DNA of 55,086 bases, taken from positions 1 to 55,086 of the forward strand of contig NOWV01000308.1 of the NCBI GenBank assembly GCA_003344405.1, given 5' to 3'. Below, piece by piece: positions 40,301 through 54,059 of the stretch (position 1 is its first letter; the number at the start of each line of letters is the position of its first letter). Origin of the DNA: Trichoplax sp. H2. Taxonomy: Eukaryota. A program made the translations under genes and the position numbers. Below the pieces are notes generated by a model. That model ran no database searches, was not told where the DNA came from, and saw only the letters and a program-made list of their open reading frames with translations.

Positions 40301-43300
40301 ATGCCAGGAGGTTTTTCAAGGATTTACGTATACCGTCTACATTCACACTCTATATTTAGGTGAGAACAATTCATTGTATTATCTATAACTCTACCGATAG
40401 CTTTATTGGCATATTGAAAGTGTTGATAAATCAAAAACGTTTTTATACTTCCGAATGACCAAATAGTGTCGATAACGACATAGTAAGATGGGCTTTAATT
40501 TGAGAAAAGTTCTATGTATAAAATCAATATCAACATAATGTTGCCTGATTTCAGCGTTACATTTGGTGATAAAATTTAACCACATAATTCCAACAAGCGT
40601 TACAAAATAAGGATATTGTTAAAATTAATCATATAAGTTAATTAAATCTTTACTTGATTGACGGTATGACTTTGCCGCATCAGAATATAAAGTGATACGC
40701 TGGCATGTGAACGAACAGTAGACAAACTCGAATTGGACAATTCTAACATTCGATGGCAAAGATCAGCACATATATCGGTATCTTCTTCAAATAATAACTC
40801 TGGATACTAAAGACAAAAAGAGTTCAGCATGAATATTTTCACAAAAGTATCATTTATCATATATCTTATGACATTATGAGATAGGAACACGTTCTTACTA
40901 AGATAATCTTACTTTATTAATAATTAGTCTTTGTATCGCAAAAACATTTTGTAAGACGGTAGCACTGTGATTACGGGATAGTAACTTTAGCACGGTTTTT
41001 ACAATCACGTTGAGAACATCAACGAAATTTTCATTTGCGGCTGCCACCTAAGTCAAATGTAATATATTTTATGAAAAGGTAAGTCAAGAATTAAAATTTG
41101 ATATATTATGATTAGCATATTAATTTGCCTTGAGAAGGTCATCCAAAATATCAAGGATAATCATACTAGCTTCTGAAGCAATGCAGGCCATTAAAGATGA
41201 TTCCGAAACAGCTTCGGCTTTTAAACTAAAATCATCGATAATACTAAATTAAAAATTATCAAGTCGCACAGTATATCACATATTTTTTATAAAATACCGA
41301 TCTGCCGCTATCGTTGACTGCTGCTGGCGATAAGATGTATCTTTAGACCATCGTAAACCACTTTGATGGCGAGAACTGGGAGGCGATTTATCTACTGTAC
41401 GTAGTGCGATAGAATACAGCGACGTATATGCGGTGAAAATTATTATTAGTTAAACTTTTATGTCACTAATAGCACAAGACTATATTTCTCCTGTCGAGAT
41501 AGCATTACTAACAACAAACCTGCGCTATTCGGTGTTAACTGCTGTCCGGTGCCCTTATTTCTCATAATCATGTCAAATCTGGCGCTGCTACTACCAAGGA
41601 TGGCATCTTCTAACTTTGATTTTACGTCGTCTCCATGAAAACTACCAGATGATGCAATTTCTTGCTGACATTTTTCACCCTAAATTCATAGCAAATTATG
41701 TTTTTTTTCTTACGAATGGATGACGAAAGTTATTCTCAGCTGAACAGAATGATAAATTAGAAACTTATCTCTTAAATTTCTTTACCTGGTATCCGAAAAG
41801 TTCGTTACAAATATTCAAAACATCGAGGATCGAAATTAAGCTAAATTAATTAATAAACAATCAGTCGATTGTGCTGAAACTTAATTGTCAAAGAGTAATG
41901 ATATCTACTAACTAAGTGCTTGATCTTGATGCTAGCCATTCAATAAGTCGCTGACAGTCAATGTTTTTGACCATCCATAAAAAGCAGGTAAGGAGCATAC
42001 GGGTATTTGTATAATTAATTTTACCTCTCTTTAGGATGACAAAACGGTAAAAAATATAAGATCTGATTAATTTCATTGGCAATCAAAATAGTAATTAAAG
42101 CGATAGGTATTAACATTGAATATTATTAAATACTCACTTGCGTTTCAGAATCCTTCGATGACATGAGAGGTACCCCGGCAAAGCTTAGCGAAGCCCGATG
42201 TTGAAATGGCCTTTTGTCGTTTGAATCCGAAGTCTTCGATCTAAATCCAAACAAGAACCTTACATTAACTAAGCCTATTTATATAATAATGTGAAATAAT
42301 ATTAAAATATAAATATAATACCTGTAAAGTTGAGGTATCGATTCCACAACAATATCCATAATTGGCATAAATAAAGATGCAATTCGTTGTCGGCATAGAC
42401 TACTTTTGTATCTTTTATCATTATCCAAAGAGGCAAGCAAAGTCGATAAAATCGTAATTGCAGTCGAGTAAAGTTTCTGTTGACTGAAATAGAAATAAAT
42501 TATCTTAAAAAATTTGCTTTTCATGAAAATTAAATAACCGACATGTCGAATACGAAAAAAGCAATTGCGTCATAGCATACGGCTAAACAATGTTATTTCC
42601 GTTCCTTATTACCCGGTTTGTAGTACGTAAGCCAATTCCACTAAGAGTAAGCCCACTAAATAATGCTGCTGACGAAATCGAACGCTCAACTGCGCCATAG
42701 ACCCGTAATCGTCTTCATGATAAGAGTTATCGTCATTATGTATCTCGAGAACAGGAGCAAATAAAGGCGTTGCTAATGGCAAATTCAACGCGATAAAGTA
42801 TTCATGGCTGCAAACAATACGCAGTAAGTCGAATTTTCGCAATTCTAGATCTGCTTCAGCTAAGCAGACCGTGTTTATCTGTGGTATGAGCAAAAATTTT
42901 AAAATGTTATATGGTATAGTATAACTAATTGAATAAGGCTACATAAAACTATACCTGACGGATGTATATATCCATCAATTGAAAGACTACGCCTCGATCC
43001 ATAATAGAGAATGCATCATTAAAGAAGAACCCTAAACTTTCGTTTAAAGTACTCACGTATCCGGGATCCTGATAAAATGTAGATAAACAACGTTAAGCAA
43101 GAACTTAAAAATAGTTTGGTCAATTAAACGACCTGTAGGCCTCGAATATCTTATTAGAATCAAAGTCTTTTCTCACCTTCAGAAACTTATTCATGATTTC
43201 TTGTGTAATAATGCTAACAATTCTAGATAAATCGTCGATAAACATAGACGAAAACAAGTTCGTTCGACTTGTCTTCTGCATACGATCGGCATAAATATGC

Positions 43301-46300
43301 ATACTTTTAATCTAGTACAACATATGACAATATCAATGAAAAAATTAGTAACATTAAATAGAACTAAGTTAAATGCTCTGGTGAGTAATAAAATATACAA
43401 TAGAAAGGTTACTATTATGTAGAAATTATTTAAATAGGAAAAGTACTCACCATGAGGTTAAAAAAAAACCAAGCATGACGCATCGCAGTTTCCCGAACTG
43501 TAGCATTAGATGTTATCCACTGTAAAACAATTTCCTCGTGGGCAATCTACATTTAGTAAGGCATAACCGAAGAAAAAGGTATAAATAGAAACAATAATAA
43601 AACAATTAATGTAGTGTTTAATTGGTATGTTTGTTATAAAATCAAAATTCAACCAACCATAGGCCATTTAAAAGTAACGGTATCACTCATATCAGACGAT
43701 CTTCTACCGCTTGGAATATCGGTAACCGTAACGTTGACTAATGACAAATTTTTAAAGAAGAATGCGAGGCTTTTAAGTAACCCAGTCAAAAAATATCTTC
43801 AAATAATTTCACTGTAATTATTATCTATATACCTCTTTCATGTTCTTCAGCGCCCATTAAATCGTAAGGATTAAAAATGTAATAACCATATGATAATAAC
43901 AGCTTATTCCTACCCAGGAAATCACAGTCATTTGGCAATAGCTGATGTACTTGATGAATTATGCTTGCAACGGTATCGAACGCCGCGGGTCCGATATTAA
44001 CTTGATTAAAATCAAATCACAACATCTTAAGTACTTTGCGCAGACTATTCAGTTATAGATCATTTCAGTTCAATATTAAGACGTTACCCAGACGTCGATC
44101 CTGGATGGGAGGTCTAACCATGATTTTTAAGACTTTATTCAACGTTAAATGAAGGAACTTTACAAGATGTTCCTGATCAGCTCTGGTTAAGCCGTGTACA
44201 CATCTGCGGAGACCATTTTCAAAATTTGTGCCTTTAAAAACAGGAGCATCTTCAATTATATTTTCCGCAGCATAACAAGCATCAAAGAACCTCCTCATAA
44301 AAATATCCTAGTCGATAGAAATAAGTTAAATGTATAAGTAAATTTTCAGAGCATTATAGCTTTAAAAGTTTTTTGAAACATGGGTAATAATACGGGAGTA
44401 CATTGATGCTTACCTGTATATGCACAGACGAAATAATTTTTGTTGTAAAGTTAAACAAGGGTTTTCCACCGTCCAAATATCTTCGACCAGACATTAGTTC
44501 CTGAAAAAATTATGATGATGATTAGTATCCTCAATTTACCAGTATTACATCTTTCCCTTCAAGTTAACAATACCATAGTAGTGAGAGTATACTTACAGTT
44601 GGTGAACGACAACAGTGCTTATCATTTGGTTTATCCACACATATAGGCAAATTAAATTCCCTTGACTTCAGATCGTCCATAACAACGGGTTGTGGCACTC
44701 CATTTAGTAGATATTCATTAGAATCTCGATTGTATTCAAGAGGTCGAATGACATTTTCCAACGGAATCCACTAAAATTTATTAGACAACTTATTATTTAA
44801 TAGCCAGTGTATTAAGGTATCACACAGAAAATTTATACAAATAATTATAAATTTGATAACTATCTTGCTTACAGCATAACCAATGGGGATCACATCCTCC
44901 GATTGCCCATCTTGTTTACGCTGGCAGCTAACGTGGAAAAAAGTGAAGAAAAGATGGTGATATGGAGTGACATGAGCCGGGAATTTAATCTTGAATTCTT
45001 CGTAGTACTGCGGCGTCCTATAACACAGCAGCAATGAGGAAAAACAGAGTATAGCACATTAATCAAAAATAGCGGTAGCAGTATCATTATTGAAAAGTAG
45101 CAACATCAAGTATCATATAAAAAATAGTACTTGTTATGATATGTAATAGCTGTATAGGCCTCTCTGGTGAATTCAGAACATGAGGATCTTCCAAAAATAA
45201 ACTAAATGTAACGATATTTAATATTAGTATTGTAAAAGGAAACGCTAGAATAATATATACAAAATATAATTTGTTAAACGACTTTAAGTCTCTTTATTGA
45301 TGTACCGGTAACGCAGCTGAGTCATCACTGGATGATTTTATTTCTAACTTTATCCCAATATTTCGTGCCGAACCAGTGCGATTAGAGAAGTTAAGCGATA
45401 ATGGGTAGACATATAGTAAATTGCTGCATAAAGGTTAAATTAATAAATTTACTTAAAGCTAATTAATAATACCAGTGAAGTTAAGATCAACAAAATTAAG
45501 CTCAACATAAAACTAACACGTATTCAGTATGTGGTACTAAGATTGGCTTGGAAGGAAATTCTTCAATTTCTTTTGTTGGTCGAGTTGTAGGATTTGAATA
45601 AAAGGATTTTAGCTAATAGAAATATATATATAAAGATACGACTTTAACTTTTTATACGCGTTTTACTTGCAAAAGATCCAAAAGACGTTTTCATTGTTAG
45701 CATTAACTAAACATGACGGTAACTTTAGGATAAATTTGATAGATCAACTAACGGCTGTACCTCATGCAGAGTAGATGTAAAACAACACTTTATTTCACTG
45801 TCAGGCTTAGATAGTTCAAGCTCAAGATATCCTGGAATGGTTTTCAACTTTTTGGTAACAGACCCCTGTCGTTTAATATCAGCCAGGAATTTATACATAT
45901 CTTCATCGTTGAGTTTATCACTTTCCTAAACGAAACATAGCACAAAATTGTAGTTACAGATTAAAGAATAAGTAATAATTAATTTCCAATTATTGTGAAG
46001 CATTTGTTCATTACTCACTTGCTTATAAATATGATTTATTTTAACGCTCACAGACTGAAAGTCTTCCAATAACTCTGCTGGACTTTTGACAGGTGAATTG
46101 TTTTTCAATCCATCGTACCCTTAACAATTTTTGAAAATTTATATCGTTATTATTAGATAGATCAACTGGGATTTAAATACAATTCATCTTTTACCTGACA
46201 CGTCGACTTGCTACCATAAATCAAAGAAAAATATTACATTAGTTATATGGATCTCTATATATATCATAAGCACCTACAGTACACTGAATATAACTATGTT

Positions 46301-49300
46301 CGAGTAAAAAGATACCAAGAAGCATATCGAAGGAGAAATAAGATACAATAGAGTCACCTGGAATGCTTCTTTATCAGCCGCAGTAACATCCATATTCCCC
46401 AATGCTGCAGCAGTTAAAATATCTACTATATTGACAGCAGCCCATGCAAATGGCATTCTGTATTGACCAAGACGTTCACAATTACTTGCGGCGTTTGCTT
46501 CAAGTTTGGCACGATTCTTAAATATCACATTAAATTGTTTAATGTTATTAACCGATTGTAAATACTATTAAAAAGGACAATATTTTAAGGTTTATACCCA
46601 ACAGCCATACTATAAAGTTGCTTCAACAAAGAATTTAGATACGTTACCTTAGATGCATCACCTTCCTTAACATAAAGATCAGTAACTTCAGAGATATCTC
46701 CTTGCTGTAGTACCTTCTCAATCTGAGAAATAGAGACAAAAAGTAAGCTCTAAAAATTGAATTTAAAAACTTAAACAAGGTATACTGTCTTAATTATTTA
46801 AGTGATACTCTTAAGTTTCAAATACGTTGCTATTACTTCTAGAGCTGTGCTTACTCGAACTACTAAATATATGTCCGGCGAGGGGTTGGATATAGAAAAT
46901 ATTGCTGTCTGAGCAAGAGTTGAAAAGTCTATTCTTTTGACATAGTTTGAAATCATTTTTTTCTCCTTAGCATTGTTCATATCAAAATGAAATGTCTCTG
47001 AAATCTTTAAAGCAGTAATATTCAAATTAGTTTAACCGCTTGCAAACGTTTAAGATGTAACAATAAACTTACCCTTTTCCGTGCCTTAACATCATACAAG
47101 GCCATTAGTGCAAAAATTGGTTCAATATCTAATTTAAATCTGTACAAAAAATTAAGTATTTTTAGAAATTAGAATTCAGTGATAGCATATAAGAGCCTTT
47201 AGTTTATGGAATTGAAACTATGTCATGATATATGGTGAATATACTGTAATGAAATACCTTAAAGTGGTACTTTTTACACAAATCTTTTCTCCATGATTTC
47301 TAACAGGAGGCAAAGGGTATTCACGATATATCATACCTTCACTTTTCTGCTCAAAAGAAGAAAGCATTCGCATTTAAAAAACAAAACATTAGAAAAATTT
47401 ATTGTGGATTAGTTTATGATTAAATCAACAATAAGTGTTTTTACTATGTGAGTTTACATTACCGAAGTATTAGCAAATAAAACATTGTAGCGCTTTCGAA
47501 TTCTTTTCTGTGCTGCATCTTGTTGTTCTTCTTCGGGGCTTCTTCGTGTTAAAACGCTCAACAATAGTTCATCGGTATTGGGGCCTTTTAATTCCACGTT
47601 ACTATCCAGTAATAATGTGCATGTGTTACTCAGAAAAATTATCATTATTTACAAAAGTAGTTTGTTTTCAATAAGCATTTCTATGTATTGTAATGCGTAG
47701 TATTACGTAGAAGATAATCTGGTCCGAAACGTTGAAAATCCGTCATTTATTCTCAAAGTGGTATTATTATTATGAGTAGAAGTTTTTTTACTTCTAGAAT
47801 TGTCCTCCAGTTCCTGAAACAAATTAGTAAAAGATAACAGTTACAGTTACCATTACAAATACTAGATATTTTCTTTATAGTCGACAATAGCTCAAGCCAT
47901 TTTTTTGAAATTATACAATTTCATAACTTGAATACGCATCAACCTCGATGCATTCTGTAGATCGTAAAGCTTTTATTACAATTACCAATAGTTTGTTTTC
48001 TTGCACATCAATTTCATATTCTTGTTTCATTAGACTTTTGAGAAAAGCTTGCGAATATGGAAGGCTATAATCGCGTTTTGTATCTGCAGTTGGTTCATAT
48101 CTACAAAGTACGATATGGCAAGAAATAAATTCTAATATATTTCCGATATGCGGTATTTTATAAAATTGTTTCAGTAACTACTGTATACTTTCCAAACGAC
48201 TAGAAAGCAAGTTGATGGCTCTATGTAATTTTTTCTAGTAAAGCTAGTCTTATATTTAGTTACTATAGGTTGTTAGTAGTTATTCAATCCCAAAAATAGA
48301 ATACAAGATCATATTTTTATAATATAAGATGGGTATGATTTAATTTTAGCTCTTTGTAGTAGAAAAGTAGGTTAATCTCCATGATTAGTTAGTCCCATTT
48401 CCTTTTAACATACTTTATGAAAAGCATCGCAAATAATCAGCTGATTTTGGCAATTTTTTTAAACTGTATACAATTAATTAATTAACATAAAGTTTTGTTT
48501 GGATCATACGTATAGTAGGCAATCATTAAAATAATTGTAGACCTTCCTACCTTCTTCGAACAATGGTAAAATCTGCGGTATAGCATCTTACAGAATCATA
48601 CAATAGAGGGTCATTTCTTAGACTAAAAAAGTTTGAAAGATGATACTATTAGTAAACTTATGTAATTGGTAGTATAGCAATTACATAGTATTGATAAGTT
48701 GTTGATAATTTTGAGTTATTACTGTGATCCTTATGCACAACATAATAGTTTACTTACTCCTCTTTTGGAGGTATTGGCCAAGTAGTTGTTCTACATTCCC
48801 GCTTGAGATTTAATACTTCGATGTCATCATCCGAGAAGAGTAATAAAGGGCGCAAGATTTCATTATTAGCTTCCTCAATATTATCTACCAGAAATTCCTC
48901 GTAATCAACAGGAGCAATAGTTTCTTGTAATTCCCATGTGGCCTAATGAATTTTTCAATTTGAACATCATTGTTAGAACTTATCCGGTAGCTTTCGTTTC
49001 ACAAAAGATATCTTAACTACAGCAGCAAATTAATTTCAAGAGAATACGATTAGACTATGCACTATGTCGTAGTTAAGATAGGAGTAAAAGATAGATACTT
49101 CCTAGATCACGTTTTTATGGTTATATCTAGTCTAGAAATTTACATTTTATAATCTATAGACCTAGTAAACTTTATTGAACAGTTTCCGTTAAATATGTAT
49201 ATACATGTATTTAATCTTATGCCAACTCTAATAAACTGATTTATCAGCTAAAGAAATAAACTCTTAATCGAATTGATGTATTTTTTTCTAACATATCGAA

Positions 49301-52300
49301 ACGCAATTGTGCACAAGATGTCGATATATCAATATTAAAACAGATTGCCATACGACGTTAGCGTAAAGAATGGTACTGATATTTCAATAGGCATAAAGAT
49401 AATAATGATTATACGATATGTTTTTAATTATTTTGTACACCCGTAGTCAATCAAAATGTCTAATCAATTTTTTGCTTCTAAATCAGTCTTTCTTTGTAGA
49501 AATTATTATCCACGGATTGGTTAAAGTATATTGAATAGCTTAAATTTGTAATCTAACCATAATAACCCAAGTTGATTACTGGATATAATCACAGTTTGAG
49601 TGATAATATGACTCTTAGCTGTCAATCCCAATTCTATTTTAACAGATGGAAGAACTGTCGATAGCTTGCTTGCCAGTAAGTGATAAAAATCGATTTTTTG
49701 GGTGCAGACTAACGGATACAATTCCAGTAGGAATATTCTCCGCGCACACACACTCTCGATAACGGCCAGTGTAAGGAGCAAAGGTAAGATCCAGTCAATG
49801 AATTATTCAGTAGCAATCCATTGACAACAAATTTTAGGATAATCAACAAGTTATAATTCCTCACGACAATCCTTAAAAGAACAGAAAATATTCAATTGCA
49901 AATACTGGATATCAGGAATCTTATGACTTTTCTCAAAACAGTCCGTCAATGATTTTCTTTCACGATTCAATAATACACTGGTTGTCCTGGCTAGCGCTTT
50001 ACAGTATTGTAGTACATTAGTAATTTTCTCAACAGTTAATTGGATTAGAGATCGATATTTGAGCAACAAATTTATTTTCAATGCCCATTATATTGAATGT
50101 GATCGATAGAACTTTAAACTACTTTTCAAGTTTTACTCTATAGTATTTTACTGCATTAGCTGACTCTCGATAGTTGGTTTACCTACTATCGACTGATAGA
50201 GAGTTTAGTGACAAAGTCTAAATTTACTACTGACGAAATAATACTTACATAAAGTAAAGTTAGGAGTATTAGCAGCAATATTTCGCACTGAAGGGACTAT
50301 AACTAATACGATAGACTAAAAAATAATAGTATTACATAGAATACCATCATTTTATTTAATGTTGGCTACCTGAATTCAAGCCTATATATAGACCACCGCT
50401 TGGATTGACGATAACTCTCCAAAGGAGATCTTGAGATTTTATACTACTACAGAAAATTAAAAAATAGCTTTTGCCGTATACTCATCTAATCATCAGCAAG
50501 TGCAGCTTAGCTGTTTAAAGAAGGAACCAAAACCCAACTACTGCACAAATTTTGAGTAAGTTGCATGTATTAAGATCCTAGACTCCACGAAGGAAAAAGG
50601 TCAAAATTGATCTACTTCGTTTAGGCCTTGGACTTTTTGCTGTCGATAGCAACGAGTTTAACAAGAATAATATGACTTCAGGCTCGATCTCGAGTATGCT
50701 AATGGTCGATTTCTATATTATTTCAACCCTTATACAATATCATGCTACTTTAAATGATGGATGCCCTAGAAGAAAACTCAGTAGTCCATGTCGGTAACAC
50801 AAACAATTTTTTAGTCCCTTTTTCTAAAAATTCTATGACAGCTCCTATATTGCATAAACAACAGGCCAAATCTAACATAACCTAGAGCAGTTGGAAGTAT
50901 GATAAGAATGTAAAACTACTGCGCTTAGCTGCATGGATGCAGATATAACAGTGTACAATGATGATCCATATTTGTATCCGACATTTACCAGAATATATCT
51001 AGAAGTAAACATATATGGGTAGGCACAAGTGGTGGGATAAAATAATCAATTTTATAGCATTTAATTTACCCCAAGATTATGATTCAATTTTAATTGAAAT
51101 GGATTTGCTATAAATGCACCCTGGATGGATTGAATCAGCATTACATAGAGAGAAGGATGGCCATGACTGGCACCATGTCCTGATCACCTGGTTGTATATT
51201 CTACAATAGGATTTGCGTTATTTTTATAAAATTGCGATAAGGAGTTACTTTCCAACTATCTAAACATCTAGCTTAATCTAAATAAACTATACGTTTTGTT
51301 TACTGCACAATTATAAACTCCATCCATTGGATGACAGACTGTCGCCATTCTGGTCTCTATCAGCGACATGACGTCTGGATAGGAATTTTACAAGCAATAG
51401 ATACAACTTGAAATTTTATATTGCTATCTCAGATGGATTTATGTTGATCTTGTTGAGAAAATCGATCATTGCTTTATAAAATGATTGATTGACAGATTAT
51501 GCCTCGATCGACTGGCTGTTTTCAATATCTCGTTCTTGGTTCCATACTTATACTTAGCTATCTCATACTTGCAGATGTGATAAAAGCAACTAACAGTAGA
51601 GGGAGTTCACTCATTGCTACTACATCAACTGTAGACAGTGTATTGCCTGAAAATTTTCTCGAACCAAGATGCAGTCATATTGGAGTCTTTCAAATGCAGA
51701 TACTCGTAGTTTGCAACAGCTATCGTTACATCAGTGAGTAGTACTATATCGTGATTGAATTGTAAGGCTAATTTTACAGAGGGAAAGCTATTATTACTTT
51801 GCAATGTATTTTAAGGTTTAATCTGGTACAAGGAACGAGTTGTTATCCAGATTCATGTTACTTCTCTAATTTTACATAGTTGTTAATAGCAGTTTACGTA
51901 TACGTATACAGTTATTGAATCCACTATGTAGTGGTGTAGGGTTAGGGTTAATTTACTATAAAAATAAGTTAGTAATATCTTTGAATTGAAATTGATAATA
52001 ACGGATAAGTAATTATCATGATTCATATTATAATAATCATTTGATTCAGAACATACACTAATATAGATTAAAGAAGATTTTGTGGGTGTATGTATAGATA
52101 ATAAGGATGTTGGCTAATGCATTTTGCAGTAGCATGGATTCATTCAATGCAATTATTTAAGATTAATTTTGTAATAAGATAGTTTATTAATAATAGTCCT
52201 AGGTTTAATATTGTATAATTGGCTGTATAAAGAATAAATCGTTGTACAAAGTTATCCACTATGATGACTACATGACTTGATTCATAGTTAATACGGATGT

Positions 52301-53628
52301 TGGTAGGTGGTAGTGCATTTAGTAATAATATAGATACACTTTGCATAAACGATTAGCGTTCACCCTTTTTGCGTTATAGAAGAGTTCAATCATAATCCTA
52401 TCTTTAATATTATCCAGTATGAAGAATAACTAGTTACGCAATGTCAGTAAGCTGGGCAGATTCAGTATAATAGTTTAGGACATAATTCCTGTATAGAATG
52501 GTTTAAAGAAAGAATAATGCTATATTGAACATTATACTGTAGTGTAGACCGTTTTCTTTCAATGGAGTACAGTATTATCCGCTATCTTATGGCATCATTT
52601 AATTCATCGTTATTGAAGGCACTAGCAGTATATTCGTATATAGTACTTGTAGTAATATATTCAATATAATTATTTAGAATGACAATGTGTTGTAGAATAG
52701 TTGAAAGAATAATCCTATATTTAAGAACACAGCGTACGCAATTTTTTTTGTCAAATGCACCAGAGTGTTATCCACCAATTTTATGGAATTATTGAAATCA
52801 TAGTCAACTAAGGGACAGTGAAGGTGCTGACATTGTACAGTACTCATATTTACAGTAAGTAGTCGTGATATAGACACATTGGATAAAATAGTTTAGAGTT
52901 GATTTTGTTCTAGAATAGTTCAATAATTAATAATTAATATTATGTTTAACATTATACTGTCAGTATAATAATAATACTATGAAGAATAAAGACGCTTAGT
53001 TATCTACTCTTTTATTATTGTATCATTTGATTTCATACGATGATTGGCAAATGCAGTCATCATAGCTATTGATGAGATCGATTAGCTAGAACAGACAGTA
53101 ATGCAATATCGTATCGAATTAAAACTATTACAACTATTCAGTAAGCATCCATGATGACATAGTGTAGAGTGATGATAGCATTTCCATCCCCTTTATACCC
53201 TAGTCCTTTCTACGCTCGTAATCCATCTACTCTACAGCAAGCATACCGAAAATACGTTGTATACGAGTTTATCAAGGCATTGATGTAGTACATGTAATTT
53301 CTTATCCTAATAGGTAGATGTAATTTGATAACTACCAATACCTGTACTATAGCATCAGGAAATATTTATTATTATCTTACCATATTATGTGTTGATATTG
53401 AAGTTTAAATATACTGTACTGAACTGTATGGAAGTAGTCCATCTACTACAGTATTTCACTAGCCTTAACGCTTGAACTATTTTGTAAATTGATCGAGTGT
53501 CGCCATGATCATCGCGATGACAGTCATGGATTGAAAAGATTGCACTGTAGTTATGGACTTACCGATTGGCGTTGGACCAATACCGAAGTGTCTGAATTGC
53601 GACTGTGGCGTTTCCGTCTTGATTTCAT
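37334..53628 (-). CDS. Dedicator of cytokinesis, DOCK-C subfamily (DOCK6/7/8 co-ortholog), about 52 exons
   Basis: Continuous exon chain from 48942 to the stop at 37334. It gives [40 protein letters not shown]-1 ([35 protein letters not shown]) and DHR-2 ([44 protein letters not shown]). The putative first exon 53628-53563 is much less certain than the rest. Confidence 0.92.
46195..46210 (-). other. 16-nt microexon of the DOCK gene
   Basis: tag|CAAGTCGACGTGTCAG|gtaaaa bridges a phase-0 donor (46358) and a phase-1 acceptor (46119). Confidence 0.75.
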
Positions 53629-54059
53629 TTTCAGTAGAAATGGATATATTATACAGTATCAAAATAGTAATTGTGGAGATGGTTGCTGATCGATTGGGAT
53701 GCTGACCATTAATAATCCATTTTATCATTGATGGATGTCTAGTCTGATGTTATTAATACAGCGATTGAGATGATGCCATTGGAGAAATAGCTTGCCAACG
53801 ACGACTGATAGCACTGGAGATTCGGACAAGCCAAGTTCTACGCGTTACTACCGATGCTAATGAATTATAATATATTGGACTTGCAGAGGAATGGAAGATT
53901 GCTAATTTAAAAAGGCAACCGTAGTCCCATTCTGCAATCGTACAGTTACGCTAGTAAACATGGAGTTGCATCATTTACACTGCAGTACAAAACAGTAGAA
54001 CAACTTCTACTGACTGGAACACGAAAATTCAAGCTTCAACTGGATGAGCACCGCCCAGT

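Noticed and set aside
40609..40616. Minus-strand ATATCCTT as an AT-AC U12 donor in DOCK
   Set aside because: It lies inside an ordinary GT-AG intron whose flanking exons already join in frame.
51937..51950. TAGGGTTAGGGTTA telomere-like repeat
   Set aside because: Only about two units, which is compatible with chance.
37334..53628. Nested ANGPTL-like gene as in vertebrate DOCK6/DOCK7 introns
   Set aside because: Nearly all introns are too short, and no fibrinogen-like or coiled-coil exons were recognisable in the long first intron.
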